In this document: in pieces, positions 31,683 through 40,058 of the stretch
Position numbering within the stretch: the stretch's first letter is position 1
How the letters are laid out: each line of letters starts with the position of its first letter
Origin: Candidatus Latescibacterota bacterium
GTDB lineage: Bacteria; Latescibacterota; UBA2968
Reading direction: 5' to 3'
Assembly (NCBI GenBank): GCA_965116885.1
Contig: OZ220741.1
Coordinates: forward strand, 5,280,001 to 5,344,000
Length of the DNA: 64,000 nt
The notes under the pieces: generated by a model
Told to the model about the DNA's origin: nothing
Database searches by the model: none
What the model saw: only the letters and a program-made list of their open reading frames with translations
Position numbers and translations under genes: made by a program

Positions 31683-31839
31683 TTGCGTTGAGATGAAACG
31701 CCGTGGCGCAGAACAAATCTACAATCAAGTAGCAAACATGACACTCAAAGAACAACTGGCGTTCTGGCGAGAACGTACCGAGTTGCTGCGAAAGCATCAG
31801 CAAACGATAAAAATGAAAAGCGAGACATCTGTGAATTAA
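31660..31839 (+). CDS. Small protein overlapping the PIN gene, putative antitoxin
   Basis: MKTKKTFDCVEMKRRGAEQI; GAGG SD; overlaps the 3' end of the toxin gene (toxin-first order). Confidence 0.65.
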   Translation: MKTKKTFDCVEMKRRGAEQIYNQVANMTLKEQLAFWRERTELLRKHQQTIKMKSETSVN

Positions 31840-31921
31840 ATGCGATGCGCTTGACCGACTGGGTGCCACTTATATGGAAAGAGGCTTAAAGGGCTACATT
31901 CGCGGTCTGAATCGTAGGGGT

Positions 31922-32175
31922 GTGAATGGGATTCCTGATCGAGAAACGGAACAACTGAAAGACTACCTCGAATTTCTAACCTGGAAAGCCAAGGAGAAGA
32001 AATCATCGCCGGAGCAAAGAAAAAAAATTTGACTGCGCAACGCATTATTAAAGCAATGGAAAAACCGCCGTATGTCACGCATGAGGACATTGAAGCACTT
32101 TTACAAGTGATCAAAGAAGCAAAGCAACCGACACAATTTGAGTCGCCCTTCGAACTATCTTCAGAAACCAGGTAA
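31922..32175 (+). pseudogene. Small ORF split by a frameshift at an A8 run (antitoxin-like)
   Basis: GTG 31922 gives MNGIPDRETEQLKDYLEFLTWKAK..RKKI*; the -1 frame continues NLTAQRIIKAMEKPPYVTHEDIEALLQVIK..ETR* at 32175. Confidence 0.5.
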
Positions 32176-32179
32176 AAAC

Positions 32180-32713
32180 ATGTGGCGTCAATTGGGAATC
32201 ATCGCGCTTGGTATCGCGCTATTTGCATGTGGTCCCGATATTCAATTGGTAAAAGATGGGCACGAAGAATACTACGTCTATTGGGATGACGGTCACAATC
32301 GGTATCTCAGACATGGGTTATACCAGTCATTTTACGAAAGTGGTCGCCAGCGTTCGGTTGGTAAATACGAACACGACATAAAAGTGGGCGTTTGGACACA
32401 CTGGTATGAAAACGGACAAAAACAGGGAGAAATGGACTGGGTAGATGGCAAGCCCGAAGGCGTAGTGACAGAATGGTACAAAAACGGACAACAAAAAAAC
32501 ACGGGAACGTGGGAAAATGGTGGGCGGCACGGTCTTTCGACCTGGTGGTATGCAAACGGACAAAAGGAAAAAGAAGTGAACTATATAGAGGGGGAACCCG
32601 ACGGAATATGGACATATTGGGATTCGACGGGTGTGATAACAAAAAAGCAGTACTGGGATCGCGGTGCGTTTTTGCGGGTTGAAGAGGAAACGAATAGACG
32701 AATAGACGAATAG
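32180..32713 (+). CDS. MORN-variant repeat (YwqK-like) lipoprotein
   Basis: Lipobox LFAC; repeated G.WT.WYENGQK units. Confidence 0.82.
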   Translation: MWRQLGIIALGIALFACGPDIQLVKDGHEEYYVYWDDGHNRYLRHGLYQSFYESGRQRSVGKYEHDIKVGVWTHWYENGQKQGEMDWVDGKPEGVVTEWYKNGQQKNTGTWENGGRHGLSTWWYANGQKEKEVNYIEGEPDGIWTYWDSTGVITKKQYWDRGAFLRVEEETNRRIDE

Positions 32714-32799
32714 ACGAATACCACCCAACGAACCCCACCCTAGACGAACCCCACCCTACCACCCAACGGGCGGGCACAGGGGCACCGCCCCTACATTGA
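32690..32799. repeat. Repeat cluster: (ACGAATAG)x3+, duplicated ACGAACCCCACCCTA, and REP-like copy 2 (32758-32799)
   Basis: Read directly. Confidence 0.8.
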
Positions 32800-32876
32800 T
32801 GAACTGCTGACGCAGTTGTACCCCATTCCGCTCATGAACTACTGGCGCAGTTGTATTTCGCCTGAAAGGATCAAAC

Positions 32877-35642
32877 ATGGCAGATAAAACCCTGTATTTA
32901 TTAGACGGCATGGCACTGGTCTATCGCGGGCACTTTGCAATGATACGCAATCCGCGAATGACGTCAAAAGGACTGAACACCTCGACATTATTCGTTTTTG
33001 CCAATACCCTATTGGATATTTTGGGCAACACACAGCCCTCGCATTTGGCCGTGGTCTTCGACACGCCAGAGCCGACATTTCGGGACGAGATATACAAAGA
33101 ATACAAGGCACAACGGGAAAAAATGCCCGAAGACATAAGTGGCGCGCTACCCTACATCGACCAAATGTGTGAAGCGTTCAACGTGCCCGTCATCCGCAAA
33201 CCCGGTTATGAAGCCGACGACGTAATTGGCACACTGGCAAAAGAGGCTGAAAAGTCCGGATTTACAACATATATGGTAACCCCCGATAAAGACTACGCAC
33301 AACTCGTCTCAAACAAAACATTCATCAGCAAACCCGGCCGCACGGGCGACGGCGCTGAGATTTTAGGCGTTTCAGAGGTCTTGGAACAATGGGAAATTGA
33401 GCGCGTGGATCAAGTCATCGACATGCTGGGACTGATGGGCGACTCGAGTGATAATGTACCGGGCATACCGGGCATTGGGCCAAAAACCGCACAAAAATTG
33501 ATCGCGCAATACGGCAGTGTGGAGGGGTTACTCAATCACATTGATGAATTGAAAGGCAAGCAAAAAGAAAACGTGGAGACATATCGAGAACAGGCATTGT
33601 TATCAAAAGAATTGGTCACCATCCACCTCAACGTACCGTTGGACTTTGGATTGGATGATCTCGCCGTAAAAAAACGAGACGAACAAAAATTGAAAGCCCT
33701 ATTCGCAGAACTGGAATTCAGCACGCTGGGCAAGCGGCTATTTGGAAATGATTTTAATATAGATCAGCAACAAATCTCGCTTTTCGGCGATGAGACAGCG
33801 ATTGCGGACGTATCAAAACACAAAACCATAGAGAATGTCGAACACACATATCACCTCGTGGATACACCGGAAAAGCGCGCCGCATTAATCGAAAAATTGG
33901 CGCAGCAAAAGGCGTTTTGTTTTGATACAGAAACAACAGGGCTAAATCCGAGAACATGTGAATTGCTCGGCCTTGCATTTTCATTTCAACCGCACACGGG
34001 ATATTACGCACCAATGCCAGAAGACCCGGAGAAAAATAAGGCGGTCTTAGAAGAATTCCGAGGGATTTTGGAAAACCCGGACACCGAGAAAATCGGACAC
34101 AATCTCAAATTTGACATCGCCGTATTATTGTGGCAAGATATCAGGGTTCAAGGACCTGTTTTTGATACCATGCTCGCCGCTTATGTGACCGCACCTGAAA
34201 TGCGTCGCGGCATGGATGCCCTATCGCTGGCATTATTGGGATATGAACCCATTAAAATTGAGTCTTTAATCGGCGAAAAAGAAAAGGGCAAAAAACAAAA
34301 AACCCTGCGCGAAGTCCCCCTGGACAAAGTAGCAGAATACGCAGCCGAAGATGCGGACATCACCTTGCAACTGTCGGAAGCTCTGCGTCCCAAAATTAAA
34401 GAAATGGGACAGACGCGCGTATTTGAAGACATAGAATGCCCGCTGGTATCTGTACTGGCGCAAATGGAATACGAAGGCATTCGCATGAAAGCATCTGTAA
34501 TCGAGGTACTTTCAGAAGACCTTAAAGATGAATTAGTCGCCATTCAAGGACGCATTTACGATCTGGCTGGTGAAACATTTAACTTAAACTCACCCAAACA
34601 ATTGGGCGATATCCTATTTGAAAAATTAAAACTGGATCCCAATGCGCGGCGAACAGCTAAGACCAAGCAATATCAAACAGGGGAATCAATTTTGCAGCGG
34701 CTGGCGCACAAACACAAAATTGTGGAACAGATCTTGATGTACCGAACATATTCAAAACTGAAATCCACCTATCTGGATATGTTACCGGGAACCGTATTTA
34801 AAAATACCGGGCGCGTCCACACCCACTACGAGCAGGCGGTCACCGCCACCGGACGGTTGCAATCGCACGGACCGAATCTGCAAAATATTCCCATTCGCAC
34901 GGAAAAGGGACGCGAAATTCGCAAAGCCTTTGTACCTCGCAATAAAAATTACACCCTCTTGTCAGCAGACTATTCGCAAATTGAATTGCGCGTAGCGGCG
35001 GAACTCAGTCGAGATGAAGAGATGCACAGGGCATTTCGGGAAGGGCTGGATATCCACGCGGCAACCGCAATGAAAATTTACGGACTGGACGAACGCGATG
35101 TAACCGACGACATGCGTCGGCAGGCAAAAACCGTAAACTTTGGCATTATTTATGGGATTTCGGCCTTTGGACTGGCGCAACGCCTGAATATTCCGCGCTT
35201 TGAAGCCGGTAATTTAATCGAGCAATATTTTGAACAATTTTCCGGTGCCAAAAAGTACATGGATGACACCATTGAATTTGCGCGAGAACACGGGTATGTG
35301 GAAACCATGGCGGGACGCAGGCGATATCTGCGGGATATCCACTCGCGCAATGCCACCACGCGCAAAAGTGCCGAGCGCAACGCAATCAACTCGCGGATTC
35401 AGGGTTCAGCGGCCGACATGATTAAAATTGCGATGCGCCGCGTCCAGGATGCCTTGTTTGAACGGGACTTAAAAACGCGCATGTTGCTACAAGTACACGA
35501 TGAACTCGTCTTTGATATGCACAAAGACGAAGCCGATATCGCGATGCCCCTGATCGAAGACGCGATGAAAAATGCCCTGCCAATGTCCGTGCCAATTGTC
35601 GTGGAAATGGGCATGGGAAATACCTGGCTGGAAGCGCATTGA
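32877..35642 (+). CDS. polA: DNA polymerase I
   Basis: 5'-3' exonuclease (LLDG, EADD, GDSSDN), 3'-5' exonuclease (FDTET, HNLKFD, YAAEDAD), polymerase motifs DYSQIELR, KTVNFGIIYG, QVHDEL. Confidence 0.98.
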   Translation: MADKTLYLLDGMALVYRGHFAMIRNPRMTSKGLNTSTLFVFANTLLDILGNTQPSHLAVVFDTPEPTFRDEIYKEYKAQREKMPEDISGALPYIDQMCEAFNVPVIRKPGYEADDVIGTLAKEAEKSGFTTYMVTPDKDYAQLVSNKTFISKPGRTGDGAEILGVSEVLEQWEIERVDQVIDMLGLMGDSSDNVPGIPGIGPKTAQKLIAQYGSVEGLLNHIDELKGKQKENVETYREQALLSKELVTIHLNVPLDFGLDDLAVKKRDEQKLKALFAELEFSTLGKRLFGNDFNIDQQQISLFGDETAIADVSKHKTIENVEHTYHLVDTPEKRAALIEKLAQQKAFCFDTETTGLNPRTCELLGLAFSFQPHTGYYAPMPEDPEKNKAVLEEFRGILENPDTEKIGHNLKFDIAVLLWQDIRVQGPVFDTMLAAYVTAPEMRRGMDALSLALLGYEPIKIESLIGEKEKGKKQKTLREVPLDKVAEYAAEDADITLQLSEALRPKIKEMGQTRVFEDIECPLVSVLAQMEYEGIRMKASVIEVLSEDLKDELVAIQGRIYDLAGETFNLNSPKQLGDILFEKLKLDPNARRTAKTKQYQTGESILQRLAHKHKIVEQILMYRTYSKLKSTYLDMLPGTVFKNTGRVHTHYEQAVTATGRLQSHGPNLQNIPIRTEKGREIRKAFVPRNKNYTLLSADYSQIELRVAAELSRDEEMHRAFREGLDIHAATAMKIYGLDERDVTDDMRRQAKTVNFGIIYGISAFGLAQRLNIPRFEAGNLIEQYFEQFSGAKKYMDDTIEFAREHGYVETMAGRRRYLRDIHSRNATTRKSAERNAINSRIQGSAADMIKIAMRRVQDALFERDLKTRMLLQVHDELVFDMHKDEADIAMPLIEDAMKNALPMSVPIVVEMGMGNTWLEAH

Positions 35643-35654
35643 AAAATGGTGGGA

Positions 35655-35694
35655 CCTCTCCCCCCGGCCCCCTCTCCTGAGAGGAAAGGGGGAG
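35655..35694. repeat. GC-rich palindromic element after polA (CCCCCTCTCC-TGAGA-GGAAAGGGGG)
   Basis: Imperfect stem-loop read directly; no U-tract. Confidence 0.5.
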
Positions 35695-35767
35695 CACTGA
35701 ATTACATCGCTCCTGTGCGGGCTTTTACACCGCGCCTTAATTCTTAATTCCTAATTCCTAATTCACC

Positions 35768-36337
35768 ATGTTCAACTGGCTCAAAAAACTATTCGCCCCT
35801 CCTATCGAACGCCTGCCGCAACTCGAAATGTTTCGCGATCACCTCAATGACCTACCCGAAATTCAGCAAATCACCGGTTATGACACACGCACCTATCGTT
35901 CGGGGGACGAAGCCGCCTGGTGTCGCATCATGGAAGGCAACGTGGGCAGCAACTGGACAACGGAGAAATGCCGGGCGCAATTGACCAACGACCCCCGCTT
36001 CCAGGCTGAAAACCTCTTCTTCATCACCCACAACGACGACCCCATAGCCAGCGCGTGTGCCTGGAAAACACCCGGCCAATCGCCGGAAACAGGTGAAGTT
36101 CACATGGTCGCCGCGCACGCAGACCACCGCGGCAAAGGACTCGGGCATTTGCTCAACGCCCTCGTCCTCCATCGCTTAAAAGATCTGGGCTATCAAAAAG
36201 CACATCTCAAAACCGATGACTGGCGCCTACCGGCCATCAAAACCTACCTCGACGCGGGCTTTCAGCCCCTCAATACCCACGAAAGCCACCCCGAACGCTG
36301 GGAGGCCATCTTCGCCCAGCTCAAAATAAAAAAATAA
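35768..36337 (+). CDS. GNAT family N-acetyltransferase
   Basis: Motif A HRGKGLG; AIKTYLDAGF. Confidence 0.88.
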   Translation: MFNWLKKLFAPPIERLPQLEMFRDHLNDLPEIQQITGYDTRTYRSGDEAAWCRIMEGNVGSNWTTEKCRAQLTNDPRFQAENLFFITHNDDPIASACAWKTPGQSPETGEVHMVAAHADHRGKGLGHLLNALVLHRLKDLGYQKAHLKTDDWRLPAIKTYLDAGFQPLNTHESHPERWEAIFAQLKIKK

Positions 36338-36342
36338 CCTCC

Positions 36343-37089
36343 TCATCCCATCAACGCTTTATACCCTAATCCCATCACCTCCTTGACGTGCTCCAGCGTG
36401 CGTTGCCCTTCAATACGCCCCCTCGCACCGCCCAAATTCAAAATATCGCGCACCAGATCGGGCTGTTCTTCAAAACCCTTGCGACGAATCCGAAACGGCG
36501 TCATAATCTTACTCTGGCCATCCGTACCCTTCAAGCGCGTACCATAAACGCCATCGGGAATGGGAAACACCTCGCCGTAAATCCGATTAAATCGCGCAGC
36601 CACTTCCTGCGCCAGTTCAATATGGGGTCTTTGATCTGGCCCCACTGGCACATATCGCGGACGAAAAAGCAAAATATCCGCCGCCTGAGACACCGGATAT
36701 CCCACAAAACCGTAAGGCACCCGATTCCCCAACCCCATCTTACCCATCTCTTCCTTAACCGTTGGATTCCGCAACAAACGCGGCAACGTCACCAAATTGG
36801 AAAAAATCATAGTTAACTCTGCCAATTGTGGCACCTGTGATTGCAAAAAACAAACGCTTTTTTTTGGATCAAAACCCGCCGCCAGATAATCCAGCACCAG
36901 TTCTCTGACATGATGCTCCAGGTCCTCTGTCCGATCCCGGTGCGTCGTCAGCGCCTGATAATCGGCAATCATAAAAAAACACTGAAACTCATCCTGCATC
37001 TCAAACCGATTCTTCAACGACCCGACATAATGCCCCAAATGCATTTTACCCGTCGGGCGATCACCTGTTAAAACAATTGTGCGACTCAT
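36343..37089 (-). CDS. trpS: Tryptophanyl-tRNA synthetase with in-frame internal deletion (248 aa, no KMSKS); possibly a pseudogene
   Basis: LTGDRPTGKMHLGH (HIGH), YPVSQAADIL, VPVGPDQ; GTDGQSK joins directly to IMTPFRIRR. ATG at 37089 follows AAAGGA. Confidence 0.88.
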   Translation of the reverse strand: MSRTIVLTGDRPTGKMHLGHYVGSLKNRFEMQDEFQCFFMIADYQALTTHRDRTEDLEHHVRELVLDYLAAGFDPKKSVCFLQSQVPQLAELTMIFSNLVTLPRLLRNPTVKEEMGKMGLGNRVPYGFVGYPVSQAADILLFRPRYVPVGPDQRPHIELAQEVAARFNRIYGEVFPIPDGVYGTRLKGTDGQSKIMTPFRIRRKGFEEQPDLVRDILNLGGARGRIEGQRTLEHVKEVMGLGYKALMG

Positions 37090-37111
37090 CTCTGTTCCTT
37101 TCTTTGAACGA

Positions 37112-37264
37112 TTAAAAATCCGTAATTTCCAAAAAAAAGCGCGCCACCTTCCGGTAGCGCGCGGTGCAAGCAAACAAAGATCGCCAGATATCCGGTGGTG
37201 GACATACATCTCCCATTGCGCCTGTCCACCACCAGCGTCCGCCAACATTAAACAGCTCTGTCAT
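37112..37264 (-). CDS. Trp leader peptide 2 (MTELFNVGGRWWWTGAMG..., 50 aa)
   Basis: Hand translation: TGG TGG TGG at 37234-37226, upstream of trpS. Confidence 0.65.
   Translation of the reverse strand: MTELFNVGGRWWWTGAMGDVCPPPDIWRSLFACTARYRKVARFFLEITDF
37131..37162 (-). terminator. Attenuator terminator 2 (GCGCGCTACC-GGAA-GGTGGCGCGC-T8)
   Basis: GC stem plus U-tract about 40 nt upstream of the trpS start. Confidence 0.85.
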
Positions 37265-37293
37265 CGCACTCAAAAACATCGCATACCTACCAC

Positions 37294-37325
37294 AAAAAAA
37301 CCGCCGTCAAAAAGCCGACGGCGGT
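37294..37325 (-). terminator. Attenuator terminator 1 (ACCGCCGTC..GACGGCGGT-T6)
   Basis: GC stem plus U-tract about 30 nt after the leader peptide 1 stop. Confidence 0.85.
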
Positions 37326-37356
37326 CAATTCAGAATTTTCAAATAAATACAATCCG

Positions 37357-37467
37357 TCAGCAAACCCACACAGCGGCACGCCACCAACCACGGACGGTTT
37401 CAGACACACGGGGAGCCAGCACCCTATCGGGCGTCGCATCAGTCAAAATGTGATCGTGCATAATCAT
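37357..37467 (-). CDS. Trp leader peptide 1 (MIMHDHILTDATPDRVLAPRVSETVRGWWRAAVWVC*)
   Basis: SD GGGAG; TrpL-like GWWR plus a third Trp; followed by a terminator. Confidence 0.75.
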   Translation of the reverse strand: MIMHDHILTDATPDRVLAPRVSETVRGWWRAAVWVC

Positions 37468-37495
37468 AACAAACTCCCGTAATATATCGCCGATG

Positions 37496-37524
37496 AAAAT
37501 AACGACTTCCACACCTCGTGTCAA
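37496..37524 (-). promoter_or_regulatory. Putative sigma70 promoter of the trpS leader (TTGACA-N17-TATTTT)
   Basis: Read on the reverse strand, about 30 nt upstream of the leader 1 ATG. Confidence 0.65.
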
Positions 37525-37539
37525 GCCGTTTGATCTTCT

Positions 37540-39012
37540 TTAGCTCACGAACCGGAACGAATAGAGCTTTGCCGACCGCATCACGACGCGAAGCCGCAGC
37601 GGTCCCCGATCCGTGGGGATCCGGCGGCCGGCCCCCTGCCACGACACGCCTGCCTTGATTGCATTGGCGACAATCGTCTCGCACGTCTTCAGCGTGTAGC
37701 CTTCCACGGGGCGTCCCTCCTCGTCCTGCAGCTCGACCAGCAGCCAGCCGCCCCCGCCACAATCTACATTCAACTCAAGCGCCTGACCGTCGAACGTCAG
37801 CGGCGGTGTCACAAACTCTCCGCCAGAGAGAGACGCATCCGCCGAGACAAAACCGTCCCGCCTCAGGATCGCCCGAAACAGACCGGTATTCCAACCGTCG
37901 CGCACCTCATCATTGTGCCGACTGCCCCTCCCCGAATAGTAGATCCACATCTCGGTCTCGGTAAGCACGGGCCAGACATTGGCCATCACCATACCACCCG
38001 ATGGCCCCCCATCCAGCCCCCGGCGGATAAACGGCTCCCGGTCGCCCTGACGCGACCATATAACCCCATCACGGCTCGTGAGGAGCCGGACGTCCATCGT
38101 GGCCGGAAAATCGGATGCCTCCCAGTGGTAATAAGCGGCCGGCATCATAAAGTACGCATCATCCGCCTCGGGATGTTTGTAAACCGCATTCGTGTAGTAA
38201 TCGATCTGCGGCCTGTCCATTGACCGGGGAGGCAGAGGAGCTTCCAGATCCAGCGCATCCCCCTCCAGGACGATCAGCGTGGGCTGCGACCAGGTCTTAA
38301 AGTCAGGCGACGTGATCCGGCCAACGGACCGGTACCGCTTTCCGAGCTTCATTTCCGCCGCCTCGTCCCGTCGCTGGGTCTCGTGTACCCGCGTATAGCC
38401 GACGTAGAGATCCAGTCTGTCATCCCAGAAGAAAACATTCTGGGTGTCGCACATCTGGTCGGGCGGATTCGGCTGGCCCTCATCATACGTCCAATGGATC
38501 CCGTCGGGTGAATGCATAGCCCAAAGCCCCGGCTGAACACCGGCCTCGATCTCATCATCCCTGGGATAGTACTTCGACCAGAGTCGGTAGCGCGAATCGG
38601 CGGGCGCGCGCTCGTCTATATAGACCGTCGCACCCTGCATGCTCTGACGCTCATCCAGCGGGGCGACGATATTGTTCGCCGTGCTGCCCTGGAACGTGAC
38701 GAGGTGCATTTCCGGCTTCTGCCAGGAAACCCCGTCTTCGGACTCCGCATAGCAGAGACGAACCGCCCCTTCCTGCGGACCGCCCGATTTCATCTGTGCG
38801 CCGTACCAGAGCCGAAAGTGCCGCTCCCCTTCCCGGATCACCGTGTTGTACGCCCCAATCCCGAGCTTCTCCCACGGCTTGTCCGCCCGGAGCACAGGCT
38901 CGGGGGACTGCAAAGGCGGGTTCATACGGAGATTGACACCAGAGACCCGATCAAAGAAACGCGTGTCGATAAAAAGCTGCTTCCGGTTCCCGACATGGAC
39001 TGTAGCGACCAT
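37540..39012 (-). CDS. Hypothetical glycosidase-like beta-propeller protein
   Basis: Asp-box-like repeats SEDGVSW, SPDGIHW, SPDFKTW, SRDGVIW; C-terminal LRRDGFVS..KLYSF module. Confidence 0.6.
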   Translation of the reverse strand: MVATVHVGNRKQLFIDTRFFDRVSGVNLRMNPPLQSPEPVLRADKPWEKLGIGAYNTVIREGERHFRLWYGAQMKSGGPQEGAVRLCYAESEDGVSWQKPEMHLVTFQGSTANNIVAPLDERQSMQGATVYIDERAPADSRYRLWSKYYPRDDEIEAGVQPGLWAMHSPDGIHWTYDEGQPNPPDQMCDTQNVFFWDDRLDLYVGYTRVHETQRRDEAAEMKLGKRYRSVGRITSPDFKTWSQPTLIVLEGDALDLEAPLPPRSMDRPQIDYYTNAVYKHPEADDAYFMMPAAYYHWEASDFPATMDVRLLTSRDGVIWSRQGDREPFIRRGLDGGPSGGMVMANVWPVLTETEMWIYYSGRGSRHNDEVRDGWNTGLFRAILRRDGFVSADASLSGGEFVTPPLTFDGQALELNVDCGGGGWLLVELQDEEGRPVEGYTLKTCETIVANAIKAGVSWQGAGRRIPTDRGPLRLRVVMRSAKLYSFRFVS

Positions 39013-39072
39013 GAGATACCCCTTCCTATTGTCGATGCCAACTACGAAAAGTTTGCCTGATCCTGTACATCC

Positions 39073-40020
39073 CTACTCACACGCAAGTGCGGCCAACAGG
39101 GCTTTGATATACCCGACTGAGTAGGCGAGCGCGTGGGTATTGCCTGCAGGCCCATCTCCTTCGAGCGTCGGATAGTGGTCGGGATTCAGACAGCCGTCGT
39201 AACCCACCCGCTTCAACTCGCGCAGGATCTTGAACATATTCATGTCCCCATCGTCGAGCAGGACCTCCTCAAACGCACCGGCGGTTGCAAAGCTCGCCCG
39301 CACGTTTCGAAAGTGAATCTCGAAGAGACGTCCCTTTCGTCCGTAGTTGTGAATCTCGTCCAGAACGAGTGGAAGTCCTCCTGCCTCCGCGCGTGTCCCA
39401 CAACAGTAGAGGTAGCCGACACACGGGTTCGGAAAAGCGTCGATCACCCGGTGGAATCCCAGCCCGCCGAAGAGCGCATCCTGCGTCGGCGGGTCGGAGG
39501 GATGCATCATCAGCCTGACGCCTGCGGCTTCCGCGACGGGCACGAGCCGTTCGTAAGCCGCACAGACGCGTCCCCACCGCTGCTCTCGCACTGCTATGGT
39601 CGGCGGCTCATCCCCTTCTGCGAGTGACAGACTGTCCCCTCGGGCAAGGTACCCGCCGCGGTGCGATGCCCGATAGCGTCCAATCATCCAGGGATCCGTG
39701 GAATAGTCGAAGTGCACCCGTCCAAGAGGATAGCCTGCTTCGCCAAGGACCCGGACGGACTCGCACGCGACGTCGAGTTCCTCCTCAGCGCCATCCTCTT
39801 CGTCCATGAACCGCTTCGATAGACCGGGCAAACTGATGCGATTCACCTGCAGACCCCAAGAATGAACCCGTTTCTTCATTTTCAGTACCTCGTCCAGATC
39901 GAAGACGCCACGGTCATCGGTCGGCAATGGCAGGGCATCGACGCAATCGACGCCCAACTGAGTCAACTGGCGCAACGTCGTATCGGACGGGTCTTGACAC
40001 CAGGCAGCTACTTTGATCAT
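39073..40020 (-). CDS. Mannonate dehydratase (UxuA)-like protein
   Basis: MHPSDPP, IHFRNV, FEEVLLDDGD, NPDHYP, AYSVGYIKAL. Confidence 0.8.
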   Translation of the reverse strand: MIKVAAWCQDPSDTTLRQLTQLGVDCVDALPLPTDDRGVFDLDEVLKMKKRVHSWGLQVNRISLPGLSKRFMDEEDGAEEELDVACESVRVLGEAGYPLGRVHFDYSTDPWMIGRYRASHRGGYLARGDSLSLAEGDEPPTIAVREQRWGRVCAAYERLVPVAEAAGVRLMMHPSDPPTQDALFGGLGFHRVIDAFPNPCVGYLYCCGTRAEAGGLPLVLDEIHNYGRKGRLFEIHFRNVRASFATAGAFEEVLLDDGDMNMFKILRELKRVGYDGCLNPDHYPTLEGDGPAGNTHALAYSVGYIKALLAALACE

Positions 40021-40058
40021 GGGAACCTCCAAAAAAATAACGCCTACAACAACTCAAG

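Noticed and set aside
32690..32860. Mini CRISPR array
   Set aside because: Units are 8-22 bp, with only two copies of the longest and a 13-bp gap; no repeat-spacer periodicity.
37090..37248. 53-aa N-terminal extension of TrpS given in the ORF track
   Set aside because: It runs through the attenuator; the SD and family N-terminus point to ATG 37089.
37090..37330. T-box riboswitch upstream of trpS
   Set aside because: AAGGTGGCGCGC lacks the GGTGGNACC T-box consensus and is the 3' arm of the terminator; Trp-codon leader ORFs explain the region better.
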